Of a stretch of DNA of 64,000 nucleotides, positions 18,502-27,267 are shown one piece after another; position 1 is the stretch's first letter, and every line of letters begins with the position of its first letter. The notes beneath the pieces are model-generated. The model saw only the letters and a program-made list of their open reading frames with translations, ran no database searches and had not been told where the DNA came from. The DNA is from Bradyrhizobium sp. (GTDB lineage Bacteria > Pseudomonadota > Alphaproteobacteria > Rhizobiales > Xanthobacteraceae). The position numbers and the translations under genes are program-made. The stretch covers positions 14,338 through 78,337 of the forward strand of contig NZ_JACRAW010000135.1 of NCBI RefSeq assembly GCF_016213215.1, written 5' to 3'.

Positions 18502-19953
18502 ATGTCCGATATCGGCGTCGCCGAGATCCCCGTCGATGACAAGGAGCGCCCGTTACCGCCGCCCGCGCCACCGGCCAAGAACGCCCTGCTCGATGGACCG
18601 ATCCTGCGCACGCTGAGCTGGCTCGCCTTGCCCAACGTGGTCGCGCTTACCGCCGGCACCTGCGTCGTAATCGCGGAGACCTCCTATATCGGCCGACTCG
18701 GGGTGGAGGCGCTGGCGGCAATGGCGCTGGTGTTTCCCTGCGTGATCCTGACCATGACCATGTCAAGCGGCGCGATGGGCGGCGGCGTCGCCTCGGCCAT
18801 TGCCCGGGCGCTCGGCGCGGGCGACCGTGATCGTGCTTCGACGCTGGCCACGCACGCGCTGCTGATCGGCATCACCTTCGGCCTCGTCTTCATGCTGGGC
18901 ATGCTGATCTTCGGGCCCGACGTTCTGCGACTGCTCGGCGGCCGCGGCAACGTGCTGACACAGGCGATTGCCTACACGGAGGTGTTCTTCAGCGGCGCCG
19001 TGCTGCCATGGCTGATGAACACCATGGCCGGCGTGCTGCGCGGCACCGGCAACATGAAACTGCCGTCGCTGATGATCCTCAGCTCCGCCGTCTGGCAGAT
19101 CATCCTGGGCGGGACGCTTGGGCTGGGCCTGGGACCCGTTCCGCAATTCGGCATGCGCGGCGTCGCGGCCGGCTCGTTGATCGCCTATTCAATCAGCATC
19201 ATCGTGATGGGCTGGTACCTGTTCTCCGGGCGCGGACGCGTCGTGCCCAAGATCCGCGGCCTCCGCATCCGATGGGCGTTGTTCCTCGACATCCTGAAGG
19301 TGGGCGCGATCGCCTGCTTCTCGCCGCTGCAATCGGTGCTGACCATCAGCATCTTTACCCACATGCTCGCATATTTCGGCACCGCGATCCTTGCCGGCTA
19401 CGGAATCGGCGCGCGGCTTGAATTCATGCTGACCTCGATCGCATTTGCAGTCGGCATGGCTTCGGTCCCGATGGTCGGCATGGCGGTGGGCGCGGAACGG
19501 ATCGCCCGGGCAAGGCGCATTGCCTGGACAGCGGGCATTGTCTCATTCGTCCTGGTCGGCGCGATCGCGACCTTCATCGCGATCTTCCCCGATCTGTGGG
19601 TGAACATCTTCACCGACGATGCAAGCGTGCGCGCCGCGAGCCGGCAATATCTGGCAACCGTCGCGCCGATGTACGCCTTCATCGGCCTGGCGATCTCGAT
19701 GTATTTTTCCTCGCAGGGCGCCGCCAAGGTGCTCGGCCCGGTGCTGGCGCAAACCGCGCGGCTGTTGTTCATCGCCGTCGGCGGCTGGTGGCTGTCGACG
19801 CATGCCGCCACGGCCGAGAATTTCTTCCTGCTCGCCGCAGCCTCGATGGTTGTGCTCGGCGTCCTGTCCTGTTCGAGCGTCGTGCTGACCCGATGGGGAC
19901 CGCGCGAGCGCGGGGCGAAGGTCAGGCCCGTGCTGTCCGGGGTCGGGGATTAG
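18502..19953 (+). CDS. MATE family efflux transporter
   Basis: Start at ATG 18502 (AGGAGAGG upstream). 12-TM profile. 'LALPNVVALTAGTCVVIAETSYIGRLG' is a typical MATE N-terminal motif. Confidence 0.85.
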   Translation: MSDIGVAEIPVDDKERPLPPPAPPAKNALLDGPILRTLSWLALPNVVALTAGTCVVIAETSYIGRLGVEALAAMALVFPCVILTMTMSSGAMGGGVASAIARALGAGDRDRASTLATHALLIGITFGLVFMLGMLIFGPDVLRLLGGRGNVLTQAIAYTEVFFSGAVLPWLMNTMAGVLRGTGNMKLPSLMILSSAVWQIILGGTLGLGLGPVPQFGMRGVAAGSLIAYSISIIVMGWYLFSGRGRVVPKIRGLRIRWALFLDILKVGAIACFSPLQSVLTISIFTHMLAYFGTAILAGYGIGARLEFMLTSIAFAVGMASVPMVGMAVGAERIARARRIAWTAGIVSFVLVGAIATFIAIFPDLWVNIFTDDASVRAASRQYLATVAPMYAFIGLAISMYFSSQGAAKVLGPVLAQTARLLFIAVGGWWLSTHAATAENFFLLAAASMVVLGVLSCSSVVLTRWGPRERGAKVRPVLSGVGD

Positions 19954-20393
19954 CGATGCTTGCGGCGGCGGTGGTGGACGTTGCCGCCTCCGATCTCGGC
20001 AACACTCATGAGCTGCGGAATCATCGCCATAAGGTCGGCGCCGCCGGAACCGCCCATCATGCCCATGATGTCGCCGCCGCCATAGCCTGCCATGTCCATG
20101 CCGGTCGGCATGTAACCGCCGCCAAAGCCGCCGCCCATCATGCCGTTGAGGCCGCCGCCGTTCTCCATCATGCGGCTCATCATCGGTCCCATGGTCTGCA
20201 TCAGCCTGGCGAAGCGGCGCTTGCCCATCTTCGCCTTCATCATCTCCAGCATCGGCGCCATCTGGGTCATCATGTCCTCGCCGCCGCCTCCGGCGCCGAA
20301 GCCGGCGAATTGAGCCCTGGCCGGTGCGCTGGACAGCGCCAACAGCAGCAGCACGGCCGCGGCCTGGCAGATCACCTTATCTGCACCTCTCAT
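19950..20393 (-). CDS. Secreted methionine/glycine-rich low-complexity protein
   Basis: Start at ATG 20393 gives signal peptide 'MRGADKVICQAAAVLLLLALSSAPARA'. The mature ~120 aa contain about 24 Met and 31 Gly by my count. C-terminus is 'HHRRRKHR'. Stop overlaps the convergent MATE stop by 4 nt. Confidence 0.6.
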   Translation of the reverse strand: MRGADKVICQAAAVLLLLALSSAPARAQFAGFGAGGGGEDMMTQMAPMLEMMKAKMGKRRFARLMQTMGPMMSRMMENGGGLNGMMGGGFGGGYMPTGMDMAGYGGGDIMGMMGGSGGADLMAMIPQLMSVAEIGGGNVHHRRRKHR

Positions 20394-20498
20394 GGCATCG
20401 CTCCTCGCGTGCGCAGCTCCGCGGGGTGCGGGGCAGACCGGACGCACGGGATCAGAGCTACGCCCGCGTGGCAAAGGGCTCCGTGAGAAAGATCACAT

Positions 20499-20909
20499 TC
20501 AACCTGCCTGAGAGGGGACGGTCGCGAAGACTCTGCGCATCGCAACCGCTGCCAGCTCCATCTGGCCTTCCATATAGGGCGCGATCTCGTTCGGCAGCAC
20601 GTCGACGGTCCACAGCAGGCGGCTGTTGTCATCGCCGTCGGGAACGACCTCAACGGAGGCGCTGTGCTGCTTCAGCCGCTCGCTGACGACGGCATAGACC
20701 AGGCGCCTGCGCGCCTCGTCGCACGCCACGAGCAGTTCGCGCGCGACCGTACCGTTGGCGAAAGTGACGATGCGTGCCTCGCCCTCCAGCCTGCAGTCGA
20801 GCACAAAACCCGGCACGAGGCGCCGGTGTACGGCGCCGAAATCTCGCACCGCGTCCCATACCTCGCTCGCGGGGGCGCTGAGGGGGATTTCTTTATGGAT
20901 GGACGCCAT
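20499..20909 (-). CDS. SRPBCC (START/polyketide-cyclase-like) family protein
   Basis: Start at ATG 20909 (GGAG upstream): 'MASIHKEIPLSAPASEVWDAVRDFGAVHRRLVPGF...'. The longer track ORF (to 21329) runs through a REP element and the VOC gene. Confidence 0.7.
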   Translation of the reverse strand: MASIHKEIPLSAPASEVWDAVRDFGAVHRRLVPGFVLDCRLEGEARIVTFANGTVARELLVACDEARRRLVYAVVSERLKQHSASVEVVPDGDDNSRLLWTVDVLPNEIAPYMEGQMELAAVAMRRVFATVPSQAG

Positions 20910-20933
20910 GGCTCCGAGTCCTTTTTCAAGACG

Positions 20934-21054
20934 GTCATTGCGAGCCAACGGGTCGGCGCGCAGCGCCGCCCGTTGACAGGCTCCGCGAAGCAATCCAGGA
21001 ATGCATCCACGGAAACAGACTGGATTGCTTCGTCGCTTCGCGCCTCGCAATGAC
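20934..21054. repeat. Composite REP element, family A: two inverted units (GTCATTGCGAGC...GAAGCAATCCAGG / CTGGATTGCTTC...CTCGCAATGAC)
   Basis: Inverted copies of the GTCATTGCGAGCGAAGCGAAGCAATCC-type unit, the first interrupted by a GC-rich insert. Lies between the VOC and SRPBCC genes. Confidence 0.7.
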
Positions 21055-21058
21055 AGTA

Positions 21059-21418
21059 TCAGGTGCACACCGCCTCGACGTTGTTGCCGTCGGGATCGAT
21101 GAGGAAGGCGGCGTAATAGGTCGGGCTGTAGTCCTTGCGCGGGCCGGGCCCGCCGTTGTCGCGCCCGCCGGCTTTCAGGCCTTCGCTGTGGAATTTCCCG
21201 ATGGCGGCGTGATCGGGGGCGCGGAAGGCGATGTGGGCGCCGTCGCCCTTCACGCCCTTGTGCAGGTGCAGCCACAGCGCGGGCTCGCCCTTGGGTCCGA
21301 AGCCGGCGCCGCCCCCATCGCGCGAGCACAGTCCATAACCGAGCGGGGCCAGTGCCGCGGAATAGAAACGCACGCTGGCGTCAAGATCAGAAACCCGGAT
21401 TCCGACGTGGTCGTACAT
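21059..21418 (-). CDS. VOC (glyoxalase/bleomycin-resistance/dioxygenase) family protein
   Basis: 'MYDHVGIRVSDLDASVRFY...HIAF...YAAFLIDPDGNNVEAV' is the typical VOC fold signature. Confidence 0.85.
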   Translation of the reverse strand: MYDHVGIRVSDLDASVRFYSAALAPLGYGLCSRDGGGAGFGPKGEPALWLHLHKGVKGDGAHIAFRAPDHAAIGKFHSEGLKAGGRDNGGPGPRKDYSPTYYAAFLIDPDGNNVEAVCT

Positions 21419-21473
21419 GTTCGTCTCCCGTGAAGGCGCGCTTGTTCGAGGCGCCGTCCGGAGGCGAAGCTAG

Positions 21474-22313
21474 TCAGTTGAGGGCCAGCCGTTCTTGGAA
21501 AATCTTGCGCATGCCGCGCGAAGCCTGGCGGAATTTGTTGGGCGATACGCCGGCGGCGCGATGGAAGGTACGGACGAAATTGGACAGGTCGCCGAAACCG
21601 ACCTCATAGGCAATTTCGGTCACTGCAATGTGGTCGTCGGCAAGCAGCCGCGCGGCGTGTCGCAGTCGCGAGCGCACCACATATTGGTGCGGCGTGACCC
21701 CGAGCACGGTCGAAAACAGCCGCAGGAAATGGAACGGGCTCAGGCCGGCCTGCATCGCGGCGGCTTCAAGATCGATATCGTCGTGGGAATTGGCATCGAT
21801 CCACAGCGCGGTTTCCACCGCCCGGCGGCGGTCCCTCGCGCTGGCGGCAACCGTCTTGCGCGAGTTGCCGGAGACCACCTCGACCAAGCGGCTGGCGAAG
21901 ATCTGGCCGATTTCGTCGAGGCCGATGTCGCTGTTGCCATCTGCTGCCGCCTGACCGAGTTCACCCAGCACCATCAGTTCCGGCAGTGGCGGCGTGGCGC
22001 CCACCCGCCAGATTGCAGCCTCATCGCCGATCTGCTCCACCAGCTCGGGGCTGAGTGAGAACGACAGGCACTCGTCGCCGCAGACGTGCTCGTGGGTGCA
22101 GACATAGTCGTCGCCGGGATGGCCGATTAGAACCGATCCCGTGACCAGCTCGAAGAAACGGCCGCGGCAATGGCATCCGAAGCTGCCCTTGCGCACATAG
22201 GACATCGAGTGGCTTTGGTGCTGCTCCACGAACGGCGTATCGCCGGGACCCGCGCTGCAGCGGAACTCGGCGACGGCGACGTGTTTGTTCTGCAACAGGG
22301 TCTTTGACTGCAT
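21474..22313 (-). CDS. AraC family transcriptional regulator with Cys/His-rich N-terminal domain
   Basis: C-terminal AraC HTH pair ('[10 protein letters not shown]...', '[28 protein letters not shown]'). Starts 9 nt after the ogt stop. Confidence 0.85.
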   Translation of the reverse strand: MQSKTLLQNKHVAVAEFRCSAGPGDTPFVEQHQSHSMSYVRKGSFGCHCRGRFFELVTGSVLIGHPGDDYVCTHEHVCGDECLSFSLSPELVEQIGDEAAIWRVGATPPLPELMVLGELGQAAADGNSDIGLDEIGQIFASRLVEVVSGNSRKTVAASARDRRRAVETALWIDANSHDDIDLEAAAMQAGLSPFHFLRLFSTVLGVTPHQYVVRSRLRHAARLLADDHIAVTEIAYEVGFGDLSNFVRTFHRAAGVSPNKFRQASRGMRKIFQERLALN

Positions 22314-22322
22314 CCAGCAAAT

Positions 22323-22904
22323 CTAGTTATGCGGGCGCGGCGGGGCAACGGGCAACAGGGCGTCGAACAGGGTCCTGCTGCTCGCACTGGGATGGGCGCC
22401 CTCGATCGACAGCAGGCGGCGCTTTGAGATGACGCCGCCATAGGGCGAGATCCCGTCGGCATATTTACCGGTATCGAGCACGCGGTGGCAGGGCACGACG
22501 ATCATGAAGGGATTCTTGGCGATCGCCTGTGCCACCGAATGCATGGCCCCGGTGGGACGCATCTGCGCGGCGAGCTCGTCATAGCTACGGGTTTCGCCGC
22601 GCGGGATTGCTCGTGCGACTTCATAGACCCGCTGGCTGAAACGTGGGATGCCGTCCACATCGAGCACGACGCCGCAAAGGTCGCTGTTGCCGCCCTGGAG
22701 CAGCGCCACGATGCCGTCGATGGCCATTTCCGCATTCAGCGTCGGCCGCTGTTCGCGCGCCTCGGGGTGAAGCTGGAAGATGCGGCGCCTGGTATCGATC
22801 TCGCGCGCCTCCGGCAGTTGCACGCCGACGATGCCGGCGTCGCTCCAGACGATGCCGCAACGGCCGACTGCCGTATCGAATACCGTGTACCCACGCCCAC
22901 CCAT
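22323..22904 (-). CDS. ogt: Methylated-DNA--protein-cysteine S-methyltransferase (Ogt/MGMT)
   Basis: Active site 'VVPCHRV' and DNA-binding region 'RVYEVARAIPRGETRSYDELA'. Non-ATG start as given in the track. Confidence 0.85.
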   Translation of the reverse strand: MGGRGYTVFDTAVGRCGIVWSDAGIVGVQLPEAREIDTRRRIFQLHPEAREQRPTLNAEMAIDGIVALLQGGNSDLCGVVLDVDGIPRFSQRVYEVARAIPRGETRSYDELAAQMRPTGAMHSVAQAIAKNPFMIVVPCHRVLDTGKYADGISPYGGVISKRRLLSIEGAHPSASSRTLFDALLPVAPPRPHN

Positions 22905-23054
22905 GACGCCGACCCCGCCCGGCCGGTATCATAACATTGTCACAATCGGCCGCACCTGGATTCTTTGCGTTCGGTTAAAGAGGTGCGGGACCTGTGCAAA
23001 GCCGCTTGGCGGCAGGCGCGGTCTCGGCTAATCAATAAAGGCGAAATCGCTCTT

Positions 23055-23128
23055 GCGGGCGTAGTTCAATGGCAGAACGGCAGCTTCCCAAGCTGCATAC
23101 GAGGGTTCGATTCCCTTCGCCCGCTCCA
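23055..23128 (+). tRNA. tRNA-Gly (anticodon CCC)
   Basis: Hand-folded cloverleaf: acceptor GCGGGCG/CGCCCGC, D arm GTTC..GAAC, anticodon stem GCAGC/GCTGC with loop TTCCCAA, T arm GAGGG-TTCGATT-CCCTT, encoded CCA. Confidence 0.9.
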
Positions 23129-23156
23129 AAACCCGCGCCGGCAGGAGAAGCGAACC

Positions 23157-23750
23157 TTGGCTGAGTCGATCGCTTCCGCCGAAACTCGCAACCGCCTGCT
23201 GAAGGTCACGGCGGGCGGGCTGGTGAGCGGCATTGCGACGCCGCTGATGGTGCCGCTGATCGACAGCATCAACGGCTTTCCCCGCGATATCAGGCTCGCG
23301 CTGCTGGCGGTGCCTTTCGCGATCTTCGTGTTCTTTCTGGTGCGACGGTTCGGTGCAAACCGGCTCTGGGTGGCGCTCGCCGCAGGCCTTATCACCATGT
23401 TCGCGTTCGTCTGCGCAGTGAATGCCGCGGTCTGGGTGGACGGACTGGCCGGCAGCGTCCCCAAATTCGTGCGTAACGTTCTGTCGGGGCTCGCCGGCGG
23501 CTTTGCGGGCACGACCGTCATGGCCCTGGGCTTTCGCCTGCTGTCGGCCGGTCCGCGCGACCCGTCGGCGTGGGTTCCGATGGTGATCACCGGCACCATT
23601 GCCGGCGCGTTGTTCGCGGTCGACAACGCGCTCAACCTCGATAAGACCTCGATTCTGTTTCCAGTCTGGCAGGCGGGCGTTGCCGTCGCACTGGTCGGGG
23701 CGCTGCTTAGCCGTCCCGGGGCGTCAAAATCGGCCATCGACGCAGCCTAG
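23157..23750 (+). CDS. Hypothetical polytopic membrane protein
   Basis: The track ORF begins inside the tRNA. Trimmed to the in-frame TTG at 23157 (AGGAGAAG 6 nt upstream). Several hydrophobic helices. Confidence 0.5.
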   Translation: MAESIASAETRNRLLKVTAGGLVSGIATPLMVPLIDSINGFPRDIRLALLAVPFAIFVFFLVRRFGANRLWVALAAGLITMFAFVCAVNAAVWVDGLAGSVPKFVRNVLSGLAGGFAGTTVMALGFRLLSAGPRDPSAWVPMVITGTIAGALFAVDNALNLDKTSILFPVWQAGVAVALVGALLSRPGASKSAIDAA

Positions 23751-23825
23751 TCCAACGAGGCGTCCAACAAACGGTGCTATGAAGGCGCTTTGAACGGCCG
23801 GCGGACCAGATCTCTAGGATTGCAA

Positions 23826-25463
23826 ATGCCCACGCTTGCGACAGCCCTGCTCGAGGCCCTCAAAGATCACGGCGCGCGCGAGATCTTCGGCATTCCCGGC
23901 GATTTCGTGCTGCCCTTCTTCAAGGTCATCGAGGAAAGCAACATCCTGCCGAACTTCACCTTGAGCCACGAGCCTGCCGTCGGCTTTGCGGCCGATGCCG
24001 CCGCCCGGTATCACGGCGGTCTCGGCGTTGCCGTCGTCACCTATGGCGCCGGCGCGTTCAACGTCGTGAACGCGATCGCCGGGGCCTATGCCGAGCGCTC
24101 GCCCGTGGTGGTCATCGCGGGCGCGCCTGGGGCGCGTGAGCGCACGAGCGGCTTTCTGCTGCATCACCAGGCGCGCACCGTCGATACGCAGCTTGCCGTC
24201 TTCAAGGAGATCACCTGCGATCAGGCCGTGCTGAGCGACCCCGCCACGGCGCCCGCGCAGATCGCGCGCGTGCTGCGCAGTGCGAAGGAGATGTCGCTGC
24301 CGGTCTATATCGAGTTTCCACGCGACATGGTGGCCGCGCAGGTCGAGGAAGTGGTGCCGCTGCCTCGCCGCGAGGCGGATCCCGACGCGCTCGCCGAATG
24401 CGCGGGGGAGATCCTGGCGCGCCTTGCGGCGTCCGCCTCGCCCGTCCTGGTTGTCGACGTGGAAATCCGCCGCTACGGCGTCGAGGCGCAGATTGCGGCG
24501 CTGGCGCGCAAGCTGAACCTTCCGGTCGTGACCACCTTCATGGGACGAGGTCTGTTGGAGAGTGCTGGCGACGTCGTCGCCGGCACGTATCTGGGCGCCG
24601 CCGGCGACCCCGGGATCACGCACCTGGTCGAGGAATCCGATCTCGTGCTGATGTTCGGGGTAATCCTGTCCGACACCAACTTCGCCCTGTCCAACCGCGC
24701 GCCGGATCATCGGCGCACCATCATGGCGTCGAGCCGCGAAGTGCAGATCGGCCATCACGTCTATCGCGACATGCCACTGGCCGACCTGATCGGTGCGCTG
24801 GAGAAGAGGGCAAGCCCTCATGCCTCTCGGCAGGCCCAGGCGAGGCACAGGCCTAACTATCCGCGCGGCATGCTGGCCGACGATCGCCCGATTGCGCCGT
24901 CCGATGTTGCGAGCGCGATCAACGATATGTTCGACCGTCATGGCAAGATGCCGATGACGGCCGATATCGGCGACTGCCTGTTCACGGCGATGGAGATCGA
25001 CAACACCGCGCTGGCGGCGCCCGGCTATTACGCCGGCATGGGCTTCGGCGTTCCCGCCGGCGTCGGGGTTGCGGCGACGGGCCTGCGGCCGTTGATCCTG
25101 GTCGGCGACGGCGCCTTCCAGATGACGGGCTGGGAGATCGGCAATTGCCGCCGCTACGGCCTCGATCCGATCGTCGTCCTGTTCAACAATTGCAGCTGGG
25201 AGATGCTGCGCGTGTTCCAGCCGGAATCGCGCTTCAACAATCTCGATGACTGGCACTTTGCCGATATCGCCAAATCGATCGGCGGCGTCGGCGAGCGCGT
25301 GACCACCCGGCGCGAGCTCGCAGCCGCACTCGACCGCGCGGTGGCGCGTCGCGGCCAGTTCTCGCTGATCGAGGTGATGCTGCCGCGCGGCAGCACCTCC
25401 GACACGCTGGCCCGGTTCGTGTCCGGCTTCAAATCCGCGCGCGAGCGCGCTGCGACGGTCTAG
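23826..25463 (+). CDS. Thiamine-diphosphate-dependent 2-keto-acid decarboxylase (indolepyruvate/phenylpyruvate decarboxylase-like)
   Basis: Start at ATG 23826 ('MPTLATALLEALKDHGAREIFGIPGDF'). TPP-binding motif 'LVGDGAFQMT...VLFNN'. Length and architecture match the PDC/IPDC family. Confidence 0.8.
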   Translation: MPTLATALLEALKDHGAREIFGIPGDFVLPFFKVIEESNILPNFTLSHEPAVGFAADAAARYHGGLGVAVVTYGAGAFNVVNAIAGAYAERSPVVVIAGAPGARERTSGFLLHHQARTVDTQLAVFKEITCDQAVLSDPATAPAQIARVLRSAKEMSLPVYIEFPRDMVAAQVEEVVPLPRREADPDALAECAGEILARLAASASPVLVVDVEIRRYGVEAQIAALARKLNLPVVTTFMGRGLLESAGDVVAGTYLGAAGDPGITHLVEESDLVLMFGVILSDTNFALSNRAPDHRRTIMASSREVQIGHHVYRDMPLADLIGALEKRASPHASRQAQARHRPNYPRGMLADDRPIAPSDVASAINDMFDRHGKMPMTADIGDCLFTAMEIDNTALAAPGYYAGMGFGVPAGVGVAATGLRPLILVGDGAFQMTGWEIGNCRRYGLDPIVVLFNNCSWEMLRVFQPESRFNNLDDWHFADIAKSIGGVGERVTTRRELAAALDRAVARRGQFSLIEVMLPRGSTSDTLARFVSGFKSARERAATV

Positions 25464-25477
25464 CTTTTCAACCGCTA

Positions 25478-26005
25478 CTAGCGCTCCGTGGCCTCGATCT
25501 CGTCCAGTACGCGCTCGGGGGCGATATCGCGCGCTGCTTCACGCAGCTCTGTTTCGGATTCCGGCTCGATACCGAGCCTGGCAGCGATCTGGTCGAGGAC
25601 GGCGGCGACCTTGGTGAGCTCGTGCTCGGTGAGCAGGCTGATCTGCAGGTCGAGATCGGCACGCTTGTCGGCTTCAGCGACCATGCGGTTCTGCGAGATC
25701 AAGACGAAGGTGGAGAGGAAGATCGCCTCCACCGAAGCCACCATGGCGAGTACGACGAAGCTCTCGTCCCACGCCGGTACACCGGGCACCCAGTGGAGAT
25801 TGGCGAGGATCCAGAAGCCGAAGAGCGCGAGGTGCAGGTAGACAAACGGCATGCTGCCGGCAAACGTGGTGATGGCGTCGGCGAGCTTCTGCTGCGCGGT
25901 TGCGGCGAGTTCCTCGCGCCGCCGCCGCTCAACCAATGCGCGGATGTTGCGTTCGAGGATCGGGCTTAACCCTTCGCGGGACTCATAGGTCAGGCTCTTC
26001 GGCAT
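25478..26005 (-). CDS. DUF1003 domain membrane protein
   Basis: Start at ATG 26005. 'FAGSMPFVYLHLALFGFWILAN...FVLISQNR' and the C-terminal coiled region are typical of DUF1003. Confidence 0.75.
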   Translation of the reverse strand: MPKSLTYESREGLSPILERNIRALVERRRREELAATAQQKLADAITTFAGSMPFVYLHLALFGFWILANLHWVPGVPAWDESFVVLAMVASVEAIFLSTFVLISQNRMVAEADKRADLDLQISLLTEHELTKVAAVLDQIAARLGIEPESETELREAARDIAPERVLDEIEATER

Positions 26006-26433
26006 GCATCGGCAACGGTCAATCTCTCTGCTGGTTCCAGCGTAAGGGTCACGGGCGTAGCCGTTTGGCTCACCGATCAGCCTGAAGCGTGAAATCGGGA
26101 AGGCGCTCCTGCACGTCCGGCGATCCGCGCTCCGATGCCGCGTGTCCATCGCCGCTCATCGGCTGATCGCCGCAATCGGGCATCCAGCGCGCAGGGTTCG
26201 AGCCGTCGGTACGTACAGCTCCGCGGCCAAGGGCGCCGCTGCCTGTTTACAGGGCGTTAACTTGTTCCACTTCGGGACCCGGGTGCCTGGGTGCAGCGTG
26301 CTTGCAACAGTTGATTTGAATTTGTTTTGAACGGCGCACGCCGCCTAGACAAAACCTTGAACTCGACAGACCCTAGCCCCGTGCCTTGCATCACCTTGAG
26401 ACAATCAGATTCGGTTTGGACTGGGGCTGGGAC

Positions 26434-26904
26434 ATGAAATTACTGACGGGGTTCCTCGCGGCCGTTCTATTGCTTGCGGGGGTGGGGGCCAGCCAGGCGG
26501 TCGTCCGTATCGCGGACGACCGCGGCGGCCGCATCGGAACCTACGTCGACAAGTATCAGGATCTGCGCAATTCCGGTGAAACGGTCATCATCGACGGCCT
26601 GTGCGCCTCGGCCTGTACCATCGTCCTCGGCGCCATCCCGCATGACAGGATTTGCGTGACCTCGCATGCCATGCTGGGCTTCCATGCCGCCTGGGATTTT
26701 GGCGCCAACGGCCGGGCGGTCACCAATCCCGAAGCGACGCAGATGCTGTACCTGATGTATCCGAAACCGGTGCGGCGCTGGATCTCCCAACGCGGCGGGC
26801 TCACCCACCAAATGATCTTCTTGCGCGGCAAGGCACTGCAGGCCCTGTACAGGCCCTGCTACCTTGACGCGCAAGCCTCGGCCAACAGGCCGGCCGGGCG
26901 CTAA
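26434..26904 (+). CDS. Secreted hypothetical protein with 'CASAC' motif
   Basis: Start at ATG 26434 gives signal peptide 'MKLLTGFLAAVLLLAGVGASQA'. 'IIDGLCASACTIVLG...MLGFHAAW' resembles the motif in the 47449-48321 protein. Confidence 0.55.
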   Translation: MKLLTGFLAAVLLLAGVGASQAVVRIADDRGGRIGTYVDKYQDLRNSGETVIIDGLCASACTIVLGAIPHDRICVTSHAMLGFHAAWDFGANGRAVTNPEATQMLYLMYPKPVRRWISQRGGLTHQMIFLRGKALQALYRPCYLDAQASANRPAGR

Positions 26905-27054
26905 GGGGCGAAATTCGTCAGCACGACGTGATCGTTAGCCTGCCTGCGGCGCTTGCCGGCCGGCCGGCTAAGGCCTATTTGAGGGGCACGGAACCAGTTG
27001 CGGCCGGAGCACGGCTTCTGCACTCCGCCCGCTCATCGCATCCCGATTACCGCC

Positions 27055-27249
27055 ATGGCCCAACCGCTGTCGACACCGCATCAGATGCCCGCCAGAACGG
27101 AACGGGGGCGCAAGTCCTTCCCGCTGGCAGCCCTGGTCGCCGGCGCTGTTGCTGCCCTGGCGCTGCTCGGGGCGCTGTTGCTGTGGTTTCACTACGGGGC
27201 AACGGTGTTCTTCGAAACTATCGCTGCCGGCATTTCCGCCTGCTTCTAA
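27055..27249 (+). CDS. Possible small single-TM protein upstream of SCO1
   Basis: 64 codons with one hydrophobic helix 'FPLAALVAGAVAALALLGALLLWF'. No clear RBS. Weak call. Confidence 0.3.
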   Translation: MAQPLSTPHQMPARTERGRKSFPLAALVAGAVAALALLGALLLWFHYGATVFFETIAAGISACF

Positions 27250-27267
27250 GCCGGGATTTCCTCAAAG

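Noticed and set aside
20910-21329. Arg-rich N-terminal extension of track ORF 20499-21329
   Set aside because: It reads through the family A REP element and the VOC gene in another frame. The real SRPBCC start is ATG 20909, which has an SD.
22965-23156. 5' part of track ORF 22965-23750
   Set aside because: It runs through the tRNA-Gly gene. The CDS was trimmed to the in-frame TTG at 23157, which has an RBS.
23055-26005. Possibility that tRNA-Gly marks a genomic island
   Set aside because: There is no integrase, transposase or phage gene nearby. I noticed no direct repeat of the tRNA 3' end downstream. GC content of the adjacent genes looks native.
26285-26312. Possible RpoN (-24/-12) promoter 'TGGGTGCAGCGTGCTTGCA'
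   Set aside because: The GG-to-GC spacing is off by at least one nucleotide in every register, and TGGCAC is not matched.
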